A stretch of DNA of 64,000 bases from Deltaproteobacteria bacterium (GTDB taxonomy: Bacteria > Myxococcota_A > UBA9160 > SMWR01). Positions 18,866 through 29,025 of the stretch are shown piece after piece. How positions within the stretch are numbered: position 1 is the stretch's first letter; each line of letters opens with the position of its first letter. The notes under the pieces are model-generated. The model was not told the DNA's origin. It saw only the letters and a list, made by a program, of their open reading frames with translations, and searched no databases. The DNA lies in contig JANNIY010000151.1 in the NCBI GenBank assembly GCA_031405455.1, forward strand, positions 440-64,439, written 5' to 3'. The position numbers and the translations under genes are program-made.

Positions 18866-20903
18866 CCAGATCGGTGAGGATCAGCAGGGCTTCCTGAAAC
18901 TGCGGCGACTGGCTTTCGTCATCCGGGCCGACACTGTCGGCATCTGCATCGGGCGTGAGGTTGCCCGCCGAAGCGCCTTCGCCGACGACACCCGTCGCAC
19001 CCGGCTGCGTGGCGCTCTCGCCGATCGGCGTCGCGGCGGCCCCGGCCTTTGCTTCCTGCTGCTGCTTCAGGATTTCGGAGAGGCGGACGACGCCGTCATT
19101 GGCCTTCGCTTCAGCAATTTTTTCGCGCAGCTCGATGAACTCCGCGTTGGTCGCGACGCGGCGCTTCGAGCGTTCGCTCAGCACGGCCACGGTGCCGGGC
19201 GTGATGCGGTTCCAATGATCGGGGCCGTCAGCGGCGTTCGCGGTATCGCCGAGGAAGGGCGAGATGCTCTCCGGCGGCAACGAATAGGGCTGCGTCTTCT
19301 CGCCGAAATCGTCGTCTGCTCCCGACAGGTACGACGGCATCGGCACGTCGGAAGGAACTCCCGCGTGTTGTGTCGATTGACCGCCCGGCCGGAAGAACAG
19401 ACCGGTCGTGACCTTGAGCGCGCCCTCGCCCGGCGGCAGCGTCGAGACGGTCTGGACCGTGCCCTTTCCGAACGTGTGATCGTCGCCCACGATCACCGCA
19501 CGCTGGAAATCCTTCAGCGCGCCAGCGACGATTTCCGCCGCCGAGGCGCTCGCCCGCGAGATCAGTACGACGAGCGGTCCGGCGTAGTGGATCGACCCAT
19601 CGGGATCCCGCAACACCTGTTTCTGGCCATGTCCGTTCTCGATGGCGACGACCTCACCCTTGCGCACGAAGAAGCCCGAAATTTCGACGGCGTGTTGCAG
19701 GAGTCCGCCGCCATTGCGCGAGAGATCGAGCAGCAGCCCGTCGGCCTTTTCCTGCTTCACCTGCGCGAGCAGACGCGCGATGTCGTCCGTGCATTGCCGG
19801 TTCGTCGGATCGGAATCGCCGTAGAACGAGGGCAGCTCCAGCACGGCGAGCTTCAGCTTCTTGCCGTCCACCTCGCGGGTCTCGAAGCTCAGCTTCGCCG
19901 CCTGGTCTTCCAGATCGATCGTGTCGCGTATGATCTCGATCGAAAAACGCTCGGTCTTCTCGCCCTGCCGCAGCACGGTGAGCCCGACCTTCGTGCCTTT
20001 CTTGCCGCGGATCAGCGCCACGGCGTCGCGCAGCGGCATGTCGATGATGTCGACCGCCTTCCCGTCCGCCTGCGAGACCGCGATGATCTTGTCCTTGGCC
20101 TTGAGTTCCTTCTGCCGGTCCGCTGCCCCGCCCGGAATGATGCGCTCCGCCACCGCATAGCCATCGCGCTCCGCGAGCGCGACGCCGATGCCCTCGAGCG
20201 AGAGCGTCATGCTGATCCGGAAATCCTCGAGCACGTCGCTCGAGAGATAGTTCGAATGCGGGTCGAGCGATGCGGCAAAGGAATCGAGAAAGACGGAATT
20301 GACCTCGGCGGGTGAAACGTCGATCAATTGCTTGAGTCGCCGCTCGTAGCGCTGGATCAGTCGCCGCTTGGCTTCGTCGAGCGCGGTGTCGGCCGCGACG
20401 TAGTTCGAGATCTGGAAGTGGATGAGGCTGCGCTGGAGTTTGTCGCGCTCCTCGGGAGTCGTCGGATAGCCGCGCTTCTCCGGATCGAATACGAGTTCGA
20501 CGCTGGTGTCGATCGTGTAGCCGGGATCGCTCACCGTGGCGCGCACGAATTTCGCCGCCGCCTCGTGATGGCGAATCAGCGTCTTCTGGAGATCGGTGAG
20601 GCGCGTGCAATCGCCCTTCGCCAGGTCGTCGAAGATCCCGCGCAGCGAGGCGCGCATCGCAGCTTCCTCGGACGCGAGCAGCAGCGTCCGCGACGGGTCG
20701 AGACGCCGCACGTAGATCTCGAACGTGCGGCGTTCGATCTCGTCGCTGCGCTCGTTGAAGCGGACGTGGTTCTGGAAATACCCCCGCATCAGATTGGGGA
20801 TCATGTCGCAACGCAGATCCGCCTCGGCCGGCCCGGCCAGCAGCGTCGCGGCGGCGAGGATCGGAGCGAAGCGGATCAGCGCGGAGAAGGTCTTCGAGGT
20901 CAT
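18849..20903 (-). CDS. prc: Tail-specific (C-terminal processing) protease, S41 family
   Basis: A 684-aa ORF with a signal peptide, a PDZ region (GIGVAL...IIPGGAAD) and the S41 catalytic blocks (LDLSRNGGG, SASAAEIVAGAL, GKGTVQ). Confidence 0.93.
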   Translation of the reverse strand: MTSKTFSALIRFAPILAAATLLAGPAEADLRCDMIPNLMRGYFQNHVRFNERSDEIERRTFEIYVRRLDPSRTLLLASEEAAMRASLRGIFDDLAKGDCTRLTDLQKTLIRHHEAAAKFVRATVSDPGYTIDTSVELVFDPEKRGYPTTPEERDKLQRSLIHFQISNYVAADTALDEAKRRLIQRYERRLKQLIDVSPAEVNSVFLDSFAASLDPHSNYLSSDVLEDFRISMTLSLEGIGVALAERDGYAVAERIIPGGAADRQKELKAKDKIIAVSQADGKAVDIIDMPLRDAVALIRGKKGTKVGLTVLRQGEKTERFSIEIIRDTIDLEDQAAKLSFETREVDGKKLKLAVLELPSFYGDSDPTNRQCTDDIARLLAQVKQEKADGLLLDLSRNGGGLLQHAVEISGFFVRKGEVVAIENGHGQKQVLRDPDGSIHYAGPLVVLISRASASAAEIVAGALKDFQRAVIVGDDHTFGKGTVQTVSTLPPGEGALKVTTGLFFRPGGQSTQHAGVPSDVPMPSYLSGADDDFGEKTQPYSLPPESISPFLGDTANAADGPDHWNRITPGTVAVLSERSKRRVATNAEFIELREKIAEAKANDGVVRLSEILKQQQEAKAGAAATPIGESATQPGATGVVGEGASAGNLTPDADADSVGPDDESQSPQFQEALLILTDLVTLSR

Positions 20904-20935
20904 GTCAGGTGGTTCGGGAGCGCCAAGCCATACCT

Positions 20936-22405
20936 TTACCCCAGCTTCGCGAGACCTGCCGGGGGCTCGAAGCCGCCGAGCAGCGCCTCCAGGTGGGCGG
21001 CGAAGGCGATCGCCGTGTGGTCTTCGAGGTGGGGCGCGACGATCTGGACTCCGACGGGCAGGCCGTCCCGGGTGAGGCCGACGGGGGCGACGCTCGCCGG
21101 CAGATGCGCCACGCCGATGAGGCCCGGCCAGGCGAACAGGTCGGTGTAGGGGCGTGCGCCCCCGTTGACTTCGAGCTTGCGGAGCAGCATTGGCTCACGG
21201 TGGTCGTGTCGAATCGCCGGGACGGGCGCGGCGGGGCACAGCAGGACGTCGAAGCCGTCGAAGAAGTCGGCCCAGGCCGCTCGCTGGCGTTCGCGTTCTT
21301 CGTGGAGCAACAGCCAATCGCGATGCCGCAGGCCGAGCTCGCGCAAGGAGCGGGACATTTCGTCGCCTGCGTCGGGTCCCAGCGCGTCGCCACGCGCGCT
21401 GAGAGCCGCGAAGTCTGCGTCGCGCATCACCGTCGCCGCGATCGGGAGCATCAGCCGTCGGTAGAGTCCGACGGCTCGTTCGAGGCTGACAGCCGGGCGG
21501 GCCTGCACAGCGACCGTCACTCCGGCTCCGCGTAGCGCCGCAACGGCGGCCTCGAGCGGTTCGCGCACATCCGACTCGACGGGGCAGGCCGGATCGTCGA
21601 GCCACGCGGCGACCCGGAACCCGCGCAGCGTCGCGTGACGCGCGGGCGGAAGCGCGAGCTTCCAGGCGCGCGCGGGCCCAGGTAGCGGCCCCGCGAGCAC
21701 GGCGAGCGCGAGCGAGAGATCGGCTGCGCTGCGGGCGAGCGGACCCGCGACGTTGATGTCGTCCTCGCGCAGGGCGCCGGGCCAACCGGGGATGTGGCCG
21801 CGCACCGGCACGATGCCCCAGCTCGGTTTGTGGCCGAAGATCCCGCACCAGCTCGCGGGGATGCGAATCGAGCCGCCGATGTCGCTGCCCAACTCGAGCC
21901 CCGAGAGGCCGGCGGCGATGGCGGCAGCCGAGCCTCCCGACGAGCCGCCGGGTGTTCGCGATGTATCCCAGGGGTTGCAGGTCGTTCCGAACAACGGGTT
22001 GTGGGTCTGCCAATCCATCGCCAGCATCGCGGTATTCGTCTTCGCGAAGACGATCGCACCCGCGGCCTCGAGCCGTTCGACGGCGACGGCGCTGCGCGCG
22101 GGCACATGCTCGGCGAGGCTCGGCGCGCCCGCGGTCGTTCGCAGCCCCTGCGTCTCGAAGCAGTCCTTTACGCTGATCGGAAGCCCGTGCAGGGGGCCCC
22201 ACGTCTGGCCGCGTGCGAGTGCGGCATCGGCCTCGTCGGCGCGGCGGCTGGCGCGCTCGACGTCGAGGCTCACGACGGCGCGCAGCGCCGGATTCACGCG
22301 TTCGATGCGTGCGAGGAAGTGCGCGAGCAGCTCCCGGCTCGAGATCTCGCGCTCGCGCAGCGCTCGGAGCAACGCGCTGGCGGAGCGGAACCCGAGCTCG
22401 CCCAT
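20936..22405 (-). CDS. Amidase-signature (AS) family amidase
   Basis: A 489-aa ORF carrying the AS sequence GGSSGGSAAAIAAGLSGLELGSDIGGSIRIPA. Confidence 0.92.
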   Translation of the reverse strand: MGELGFRSASALLRALREREISSRELLAHFLARIERVNPALRAVVSLDVERASRRADEADAALARGQTWGPLHGLPISVKDCFETQGLRTTAGAPSLAEHVPARSAVAVERLEAAGAIVFAKTNTAMLAMDWQTHNPLFGTTCNPWDTSRTPGGSSGGSAAAIAAGLSGLELGSDIGGSIRIPASWCGIFGHKPSWGIVPVRGHIPGWPGALREDDINVAGPLARSAADLSLALAVLAGPLPGPARAWKLALPPARHATLRGFRVAAWLDDPACPVESDVREPLEAAVAALRGAGVTVAVQARPAVSLERAVGLYRRLMLPIAATVMRDADFAALSARGDALGPDAGDEMSRSLRELGLRHRDWLLLHEERERQRAAWADFFDGFDVLLCPAAPVPAIRHDHREPMLLRKLEVNGGARPYTDLFAWPGLIGVAHLPASVAPVGLTRDGLPVGVQIVAPHLEDHTAIAFAAHLEALLGGFEPPAGLAKLG

Positions 22406-22540
22406 CGCCTCACCTCCGCTGGCCCCTTCCGGATGCGGCGGGGATTCTAGGCGGCGAGCGCCCCGCGGCCAGTCGCGCGGGAGCGCGCCGAGCGCTGCCG
22501 CTTTCGGCCGGCGGATTCAGCGCTTCGCTAGCCTGTCCGG

Positions 22541-23209
22541 ATGCCCCCCCGCGCGCCGTGGCTCTTGTTCGTCGTCGTCGGCGCCCTGTTCGTGGCGGGT
22601 CACTACGTACGCAACGGACTGGGCGTCGAGCTCGCCGCGGATTCGTTGCGCGATTGGGTGCGGGGCCTCGGCGTCGCCGCCCCGATCGCCTATGTCGGGC
22701 TCGTGACGTTTCGGCAGTTCCTGCTCGTGCCGTCGTCGCTGCTGCTCGCCGCCGGTGGGCTCGCCTTCGGTGCGGCGCTCGGAACGCTGCTCGGTGGCGT
22801 CGGTATCGTGCTCTCGGCGCTGCTGGGCTTCACGCTCGCGCGCACGCTCGGGCGGGAGTGGCTGCGCCTGCGCATGGGCGAGCGGCTCGCGAGCCTCGAG
22901 CGGCATAGCCAACGTGTGGGGCCGCTCGTCGTCGGGCTCGCGACGGCCCATCCCCTCGGCCCGATGAGCCCGGTTCATTGGGGCGCCGGGCTCGCCTCGA
23001 TGCGTTGGTTGATCTTCTTCGCCGTGGTGGGGATCGCCGGCCCGGCCCGCGCGTTCCTGCTCTCGACCCTCGGCGCATCACTCGTCGAGCCGCGGTCGCC
23101 GGGCTTCTGGGTGGCCGCCGCGCTGGTGGGCGCGGCCCTGGTGCTACCGCTCGCCCACCCGGCGGTGAGGCGGCGGCTGCTCGGCCGCGCGCCCCCCAGC
23201 CAGGGTTAG
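22541..23209 (+). CDS. TVP38/TMEM64 (DedA-related) family membrane protein
   Basis: A 222-aa ORF with multiple TM segments and the block [23 protein letters not shown], typical of the SNARE-associated/DedA-like family. Confidence 0.78.
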   Translation: MPPRAPWLLFVVVGALFVAGHYVRNGLGVELAADSLRDWVRGLGVAAPIAYVGLVTFRQFLLVPSSLLLAAGGLAFGAALGTLLGGVGIVLSALLGFTLARTLGREWLRLRMGERLASLERHSQRVGPLVVGLATAHPLGPMSPVHWGAGLASMRWLIFFAVVGIAGPARAFLLSTLGASLVEPRSPGFWVAAALVGAALVLPLAHPAVRRRLLGRAPPSQG

Positions 23210-24657
23210 TAGCGATAGTGATCGGGCTTGTAGGGGCCGTCCGCGGGCACGCCGATGTACTCGGCCTGCTCCGGCGTGAGCCGCGTCAATTTTACGCCGA
23301 GCTGCCCGAGGTGCAGCCTCGCGACTTCCTCGTCGAGATGCTTGGGTAGGACGTAGACCTTCTTCCCATACTTCCCGGCGTTCTGATGCAACTCGAGCTG
23401 CGCCATCACCTGATTGGTGAACGAGGCCGACATCACGAAGCTCGGGTGTCCCGTCGCACAGCCGAGGTTCAGCAGCCGGCCTTCGGCGAGCACCAGCACA
23501 CCGTGGCCGTCCGGGAAGATCCACTCGTCGTATTGCGGCTTGATGTTTTCGCGCCGGATGCCGGCCACCTTGCGCAGGCCGGCCATGTCGATCTCGTTGT
23601 CGAAGTGGCCGATGTTTCCGACGATCGCCTTGTCCTTCATGCGCGCCATGTGCTCGGCCGTGATGATCTGGAAGTTCCCCGTTGCGGTCACGAAGATGTC
23701 GGCCGTTGCGACCACGGCGTCGAGGGTGTTCACCTCGTAGCCTTCCATCGCCGCTTGCAGCGCGCAGATCGGGTCGATCTCCGCGACGATCACGCGGCAG
23801 CCCTGTCCGCGCAGCGCCTGCGCGCAGCCCTTGCCGACTTCGCCGAAGCCGCACACGACGGCGACCTTGCCGCCGAGCATCACGTCGCTCGCCCGCATCA
23901 GGCCGTCGGGCAGGGAGTGCCGGCAACCGTAGATGTTGTCGAATTTGCTCTTGGTGACGGAATCGTTGACGTTGATCGCGGGGAACAGCAGGCTGCCGTT
24001 CTTTTCCATCTGGTAGAGGCGATGCACGCCGGTCGTCGTCTCCTCGGAGACACCGCGGACCTTCGGCGCGATCTTCGTCCAGCGGCCGGGGCTGCGCTTC
24101 TGCTCCTGGCGCAACAGCTGCAACACGACGCCCCATTCCTCGGGATCCGTCTCGGCGTTGAAGTCGGGGATCTTCCCGGCCTTCTCGAACTCGACGCCTT
24201 TGTGGATCAGCATGGTGGCGTCGCCGCCGTCGTCGACGATCAGATCGGGGCCGGAGCCATCGGGCCACTGGAGGGCGACGTCCGTGCACCACCAGTACTC
24301 CTCGAGCGTCTCGCCCTTCCAGGCGAACACGGGAACACCCTTGGGCTTCTCGGGCGTTCCGGTCGGTCCGACGACGGCGGCCGCCGCGGCCGGATCCTGT
24401 GTCGAGAAGATGTTGCAGCTGACCCAGCGCACGTCGGCGCCGAGATCGGTGAGCGTTTCGATCAGCACCGCGGTCTGCACCGTCATGTGCAGGCTGCCCA
24501 TGACCTTGGCACCAGCCAGCGGGCGCTGTCCGCGGTAGCGCGCGCGCAGCGACATCAAGCCGGGCATCTCGTGCTCGGCGAGCCGGATTTCCTTGCGGCC
24601 GAGGGCGGCGAGCTGGATGTCAGCGACTTTGTAGGCGGGGCTGCGATCGGCAGTCAT
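23206..24657 (-). CDS. ahcY: Adenosylhomocysteinase
   Basis: A 483-aa ORF with textbook AhcY blocks: [40 protein letters not shown] and GHFDNEID. Confidence 0.97.
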   Translation of the reverse strand: MTADRSPAYKVADIQLAALGRKEIRLAEHEMPGLMSLRARYRGQRPLAGAKVMGSLHMTVQTAVLIETLTDLGADVRWVSCNIFSTQDPAAAAAVVGPTGTPEKPKGVPVFAWKGETLEEYWWCTDVALQWPDGSGPDLIVDDGGDATMLIHKGVEFEKAGKIPDFNAETDPEEWGVVLQLLRQEQKRSPGRWTKIAPKVRGVSEETTTGVHRLYQMEKNGSLLFPAINVNDSVTKSKFDNIYGCRHSLPDGLMRASDVMLGGKVAVVCGFGEVGKGCAQALRGQGCRVIVAEIDPICALQAAMEGYEVNTLDAVVATADIFVTATGNFQIITAEHMARMKDKAIVGNIGHFDNEIDMAGLRKVAGIRRENIKPQYDEWIFPDGHGVLVLAEGRLLNLGCATGHPSFVMSASFTNQVMAQLELHQNAGKYGKKVYVLPKHLDEEVARLHLGQLGVKLTRLTPEQAEYIGVPADGPYKPDHYRY

Positions 24658-24662
24658 GGTAG

Positions 24663-24686
24663 CTCCATCTGTTTATGCGGATGGAG
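24663..24686 (-). promoter_or_regulatory. 7-bp stem-loop (CTCCATC-N10-GATGGAG) whose 3' arm contains the ahcY Shine-Dalgarno
   Basis: Read directly from the sequence. On the minus strand it reads ...ctccatccgcataaacagatggagctaccATG, so the GGAG lies inside the stem. Confidence 0.3.
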
Positions 24687-24750
24687 TGTTCCAGACTTTA
24701 GCGAAATGTCAATCGGGGCTGGCGCGGTCCGCTGGTCTCCCCCTCGGGGA

Positions 24751-25161
24751 TCAGTGCAGGCTGCCGGATTCGCGCAGCTCGAAGCGGGCGATCTCGACCT
24801 CGATCTCCTCGCCTTTGGGATTGCTGAGCTGGTAGCTGCCGTGCATCGAGCCGTAAGGCGTCGCCAGCGGGCAACCCGAGGTGTACTCGTAGGCGTCGCC
24901 TGGTTCGAGCACGGGCTGCTCCCCCACCACACCGGGGCCGCGCACTTCTTCGATCCGCCCGGTGGCGTCCGTGATGATCCAGTGGCGCGAGAGCAGCTGC
25001 ACGGTTTCCGTCGCTTCGTTCGCGATCTGCACCGTGTAGAGAAAGAACCAGAGATTGCGCTGCGGCTCGGAATGCTCGGGCGAGTAGCGTGCGTTGACCT
25101 CGACGCGGATGCCGTGCGTCACCGCCGAAGAGGAGGAGGCGTCCTTTCCGCCGGCGCTCAT
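24751..25161 (-). CDS. apaG: ApaG (DUF525) protein
   Basis: A 136-aa ORF with the conserved blocks FFLYTVQIANE, LLSRHWIITDA and GVVGEQPVL.PG..YEYTSGCPL. It has an ATGA overlap with the upstream SDR gene. Confidence 0.9.
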   Translation of the reverse strand: MSAGGKDASSSSAVTHGIRVEVNARYSPEHSEPQRNLWFFLYTVQIANEATETVQLLSRHWIITDATGRIEEVRGPGVVGEQPVLEPGDAYEYTSGCPLATPYGSMHGSYQLSNPKGEEIEVEIARFELRESGSLH

Positions 25162-26015
25162 TCCGGCAACCCCACCAGCTCGGCGCTGCGCACCCAGAGG
25201 CGGCGCGCGAGCCCCGGGCGTTGCGAGCGGTGCGACGCCGCGACGGCGCGCTGCTTCACGAAGTATTTTCCGCTCACGTCCGCGAGCTCGTCCGAGGCCG
25301 CGACGAAGATCGAGTTCGCTGCGCCCTGCTCGGCCGTCAGGAAGAAGGGCCGCAACAGCCCGATCAGCAGCTTCGCGAAGCCGCCGTTCTGCTTGCCCAG
25401 GCGCGTGGCGACGGCTCCCGGGTGCAGGGAGTTGGCCGTGACGCCCGATCCGGCGAGCCGCTCGGCGAGCGCCACCGTGAACAGGATGTTGAGCAGCTTC
25501 GATGTGCCGTAGACGCGCATCGCCGCGTAGCGCTTCTCGCTCTGGAGATCGGCGAGATCGATCCGTCCCAGGCGGTGCGCCTCGGAGGCAACATTGACGA
25601 TACGGGCCGGTGCGCTCGCGCGCAGCTTCGGCAAGAGCAGGTTCGTGAGCAGGAAGTAGCCGAGATGATTCACGGCGAACGTCTTCTCGAAGCCATCGAC
25701 GGTCGTCGTGCGCTTCAACTCGACGATACCGGCGTTGTTCACGAGCACGTGCAACGCGGGGTAGGTTGCGAGGAACTCGTTCGCGAGCCCGCGGATTCCC
25801 GCCAGCGAAGAGAGATCGGCGAGCAGCACGTCGACGCGCGGATTGCCGGTCTCCTCGATGATCGCCTTGCGCGCGCTCTCGGCGCGCTCGCGGTCGCGTC
25901 CAACGATCACGACGTGGGCGCCCAGGGCCGCCAGGCCGCGGGCGGTCTCCTGTCCGATGCCGGAGGTTGCGCCGGTGACGAGGCAGGTGCGTCCGTCGAG
26001 TCGCGCGAGGCCCAT
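25158..26015 (-). CDS. SDR-family oxidoreductase (retinol-dehydrogenase-like)
   Basis: A 285-aa ORF with TGATSGIG, NNAG and YGTSK catalytic motifs. Confidence 0.9.
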   Translation of the reverse strand: MGLARLDGRTCLVTGATSGIGQETARGLAALGAHVVIVGRDRERAESARKAIIEETGNPRVDVLLADLSSLAGIRGLANEFLATYPALHVLVNNAGIVELKRTTTVDGFEKTFAVNHLGYFLLTNLLLPKLRASAPARIVNVASEAHRLGRIDLADLQSEKRYAAMRVYGTSKLLNILFTVALAERLAGSGVTANSLHPGAVATRLGKQNGGFAKLLIGLLRPFFLTAEQGAANSIFVAASDELADVSGKYFVKQRAVAASHRSQRPGLARRLWVRSAELVGLPE

Positions 26016-26044
26016 GCTCCCACTCTAGCAGCGGGGCCGCTCCG

Positions 26045-26977
26045 CTAGAACGCGGGCATCACCTTCTCGGCGAACAGCCGGGCGGGAACGCGCGTGTCAC
26101 GGCCGAAGAACTCGATCACGAACAGGCTACAGCCGAGCTTGCGGTGGCGCTCGATGCGCTCGATCACCTGCTCGGGCGCGCCCCAGATTCCATGCTCCTC
26201 GAGGCCCGCGCCCATGTGTCCGCCATAGATCTTCTTGGCCTTTTCGAGCGAGGCTCGGGCGGCGTCCTGCGTCTCGTCGATCACCACCACGCATTGCTGT
26301 GAGATTTCGAGCGTGTCGAAATCACGCCCGAGCTCGTGGCAGCGCCGTCGCAGGGCTTCGATCTTGGCTGCGAGCACGGGCTGGAACACGGCGAGGTTGT
26401 TCCAGATGTCGGCGTGTCGCGCGACGATGCCCATCAGCACGCGTTCGCCGCCGCCGCCGATCAGGATCGGCGGGCGCCGCACGGGCTTCGGTTCACATAC
26501 GGCATCCTTCACCGAGAAGTGTTTCCCTGCGAAGGTCGTTTTCTCCTCGCTCCACAAGCTGCGCAGGATCTGCACCGATTCTTCGAGCGCGCGCATACGC
26601 TCGGGCAGCGGCGGGAAGGCGCAGCCATAGCCCCGGAACTCCGCTTCGAACCAGCCCGAGCCGAGCCCCGCGATCGTGCGGCCATTCGAGACGTGATCGA
26701 TCGTGGCGATCTGCTTCGCGAGCACGGCGGGATTGCGGAAGAAGGGCGGGGTGACGAGCGTGCCGAGCTGGACGCGCTCGGTGACCGCCGCCACGGCGGC
26801 GAGCAGGCTCCAGGCTTCGAAGATCGGAAGGGTCGGGAGGGGAACGCCATAAAGATGATCACACGCCCACAGCGAATCGAAGCCGAGCGCATCGACCAGC
26901 GTCGCGGTGGCGCGCGTCTCCTCCCAGCTGCGTTTGATCTGGGGCAGCGTCACTCCGAAGCGGGCTCGTCGTTGCAT
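26045..26977 (-). CDS. LLM-class (luciferase-like) flavin/F420-dependent oxidoreductase
   Basis: From ORF 26045..27013(-). The start is at ATG 26977 (MQRRARFGV). LLM blocks are GFDSLWACDHL, LGTLVT and GLGSGW. Confidence 0.88.
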   Translation of the reverse strand: MQRRARFGVTLPQIKRSWEETRATATLVDALGFDSLWACDHLYGVPLPTLPIFEAWSLLAAVAAVTERVQLGTLVTPPFFRNPAVLAKQIATIDHVSNGRTIAGLGSGWFEAEFRGYGCAFPPLPERMRALEESVQILRSLWSEEKTTFAGKHFSVKDAVCEPKPVRRPPILIGGGGERVLMGIVARHADIWNNLAVFQPVLAAKIEALRRRCHELGRDFDTLEISQQCVVVIDETQDAARASLEKAKKIYGGHMGAGLEEHGIWGAPEQVIERIERHRKLGCSLFVIEFFGRDTRVPARLFAEKVMPAF

Positions 26978-27045
26978 GCGCGCAGTGTATGAAAGCCGTT
27001 CGCGGGCGCACAAGGCTGGAGAATTCTCGAGCCGGGCCGGAGGCG

Positions 27046-27430
27046 CGGCGCTCGCGTTCGGTGTGACGCACGGCGTGCACGCGGCGGTGCCCTTGCTGCC
27101 GCCCGCTGGCGGATCGATCCTCGATCACGCCGCGATCGACGCGCACCGAGCTGCCCCGGGATCTGCCACCTACGCGGCGATGAAGGCGGCCGTCGCCAGC
27201 CTCACGCGCAGTCTCGCGCTCGAACTCGGCGAGCGCAGGCTTCGCGTCGACTGCATCGCCCCTGACCGGATCCCCACCCCGGGCATCGCTACGGTGCGGG
27301 TAAACACCCCCCCCCGTGAGCGGCTGTGCTGGCGAAGTGGCAGGCGCCCCGGTGTCCCTGGCATCCGATCTCTCCCCGTTCGTGACCGGAGCGACCCTCC
27401 ACGTAGCTGGGCGGTTTCGCGGCTGGGGGC
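27046..27430 (+). pseudogene. Decayed SDR-family gene remnant (5'-truncated, frameshifted, internally shortened)
   Basis: Frame of ORF 26907 reads ...GGSILDHAAIDAHRAAPGSATYAAMKAAVASLTRSLALELGERRLRVDCIAPDRIPTPG, the SDR YxxxK region with the catalytic Ser lost. Frame of ORF 27316 reads ...GEVAGAPVSLASDLSPFVTGATLHVAGR, an SDR C-terminus. The frames switch at a C9 tract (27307-27315). No Rossmann N-terminus is present. Confidence 0.55.
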
Positions 27431-27584
27431 TGGCGCCGGGTGGAAGGAGGCGGTTTCGAGCCATGAGATCGGGGGACGGCAAATCTCGCAATTCCATCTG
27501 GTAGCCCGCCGCGGTCTCCGATACTCTGCGACCGCTTGGCACGCCCGCGGGAGCGGAGCGGCCGCTCGCTTTAAAGGAGAACCG

Positions 27585-28100
27585 ATGCTCGCTCTTCGCC
27601 TGGTCGTAGTCAGCTTGATGGTTTCGCTCGCCGCTGGATGCGCGAGCAACGGTCGACCCAAGTGCAATTTGTTCGGGGACAACCAGACGTGCGATGCCCC
27701 GGCGCCGCCGCCCCCGGCTCCGGCCCCGGTCGCTCCGGCCCCGGCTCCGGCCCCTGACACCTGCGGTCGCATCGTGCTTCGCGGTGTGAACTTCGCGTTC
27801 GACAAGTCCGACATCGACGGGGCGTCGGCGGGCGTGCTCGACGTGGCTGCCGAGCAGCTCGGGAACTGCCCGAACGTGGCGGTGCGCGTCGAAGGCAACA
27901 CGGACTCGGTCGGCACCGACGCCTACAACATGGGCCTCTCGGAGCGCCGCGCGAATGCCGTGCTGAACCACCTCGCCGATCGCGGTGTCCCGGCTTCGCG
28001 GCTCACCGCCATCGGCTACGGCGAGTCGCAGCCGATCGCGAGCAACGACACGGATGAGGGTCGGGCCCTCAACCGCCGGGTCGAGCTGAAGACCCAGTAG
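27585..28100 (+). CDS. OmpA-family (Pal-like) peptidoglycan-binding lipoprotein
   Basis: This is the C-terminal 171 aa of ORF 26907..28100(+). AAAGGAGA precedes ATG 27585. It has a lipobox (LAAGC), a Pro-Ala linker and OmpA_C blocks (FAFDKSDI, VEGNTDSVGTDAYNMGLSERRA, GYGESQP, NRRVEL). Confidence 0.88.
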   Translation: MLALRLVVVSLMVSLAAGCASNGRPKCNLFGDNQTCDAPAPPPPAPAPVAPAPAPAPDTCGRIVLRGVNFAFDKSDIDGASAGVLDVAAEQLGNCPNVAVRVEGNTDSVGTDAYNMGLSERRANAVLNHLADRGVPASRLTAIGYGESQPIASNDTDEGRALNRRVELKTQ

Positions 28101-29025
28101 CGCCAACGCCGCGCGCGAGACCCTGGCATTCCAATGCCAGGGTCTCGCGCAGGCCGTCCAGATGGGGCCGGCAGCGCCAGCCGAGTTCGCGCTGCGCGCG
28201 CCCCGAGTCGTAGACCCGCCGATACGGGAATGGGATGGGCAGCATCAGCCACGGGCTGCGGCCGCCGGCTTGCCGCCACGCGCGTGCGAAATCCCACGCC
28301 GATAGATTCGCGCCCGTGATGTTGTAGGCGCGCCCGATCGCGGCCGGATTCTCGAGCGCGAGCGCCAGCGCATCCGCAACGTCCCCCGCATACACCAGCG
28401 GCAGCCGGAAGAGCGCGGGATACAACGTCAGCTTCGGCCACATCAGCGCGCGGAAGATCGGCATGAAGGTGCCGTCGAAGGCTCCGTAGATTCCGCTCGG
28501 ACGCAGGATCGTGAGATCGAGGCCGTGCTGCTGCGCGAGCTGCAGGGCCGCCTGCTCGGCGAGCGCCTTCGAGAGCGGATAGGCGGTGATCCGCCCGGGC
28601 CGGACACCCGGTCCGTACTGCTCGTGATCCTCGTCGAGCACGCGCTGCTGGCGGCCGCGGTAGACACCGACAGACGACATCTGCACGATGCGACGGACGC
28701 CGGCCGCTGCCGCCGCCTCGCACACGTTCACCGTGCCATCGACGTTCGTGCGCACGTATTCAGCCCAGGGTTGATTGCGCAGTGACAGCAGCGCCGCATT
28801 CGAAACCACGGCGTCGGCGCCGCGAAAGCCCTCGGCGAGGCGCTCGCGTTCGGCGAGATCGGCGCGGCGCAGCTCGACCCCGCGCGCGCGCAGCTCGGGC
28901 ACACGGTCGGGGTTGCGCACGACTCCGATCACATGCGCTCCGCGCCGCAGCAGCCCTTCGACGAGGTGGCGGCCGAGGAAGCCCGTGGCTCCCGTCACCG
29001 CGATCTTGGCTCCGCGCAACTGCAT
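28069..29025 (-). CDS. NAD-dependent epimerase/dehydratase family protein
   Basis: This is the C-terminal 318 aa of ORF 28069..29796(-), starting MQLRGAKIAVTGATGFLGRHLV. It has the extended-SDR YxxxK motif (YPLSKALAE). Confidence 0.85.
   Translation of the reverse strand: MQLRGAKIAVTGATGFLGRHLVEGLLRRGAHVIGVVRNPDRVPELRARGVELRRADLAERERLAEGFRGADAVVSNAALLSLRNQPWAEYVRTNVDGTVNVCEAAAAAGVRRIVQMSSVGVYRGRQQRVLDEDHEQYGPGVRPGRITAYPLSKALAEQAALQLAQQHGLDLTILRPSGIYGAFDGTFMPIFRALMWPKLTLYPALFRLPLVYAGDVADALALALENPAAIGRAYNITGANLSAWDFARAWRQAGGRSPWLMLPIPFPYRRVYDSGRAQRELGWRCRPHLDGLRETLALECQGLARGVGATGSSARPGG

Noticed and set aside
24658-24750. The SAH riboswitch expected upstream of ahcY.
   Set aside because: I could not find the conserved SAH-riboswitch core or a pseudoknot-compatible arrangement by eye, so I do not annotate one. 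A covariance-model scan is needed for a definitive answer.
27696-27755. A Pro-Ala repeat (APAPPPPAPAPVAPAPAPAP) coding tract.
   Set aside because: This is an ordinary flexible linker between the lipid anchor and the OmpA-like domain. It is low-complexity coding sequence, not an independent repeat element.
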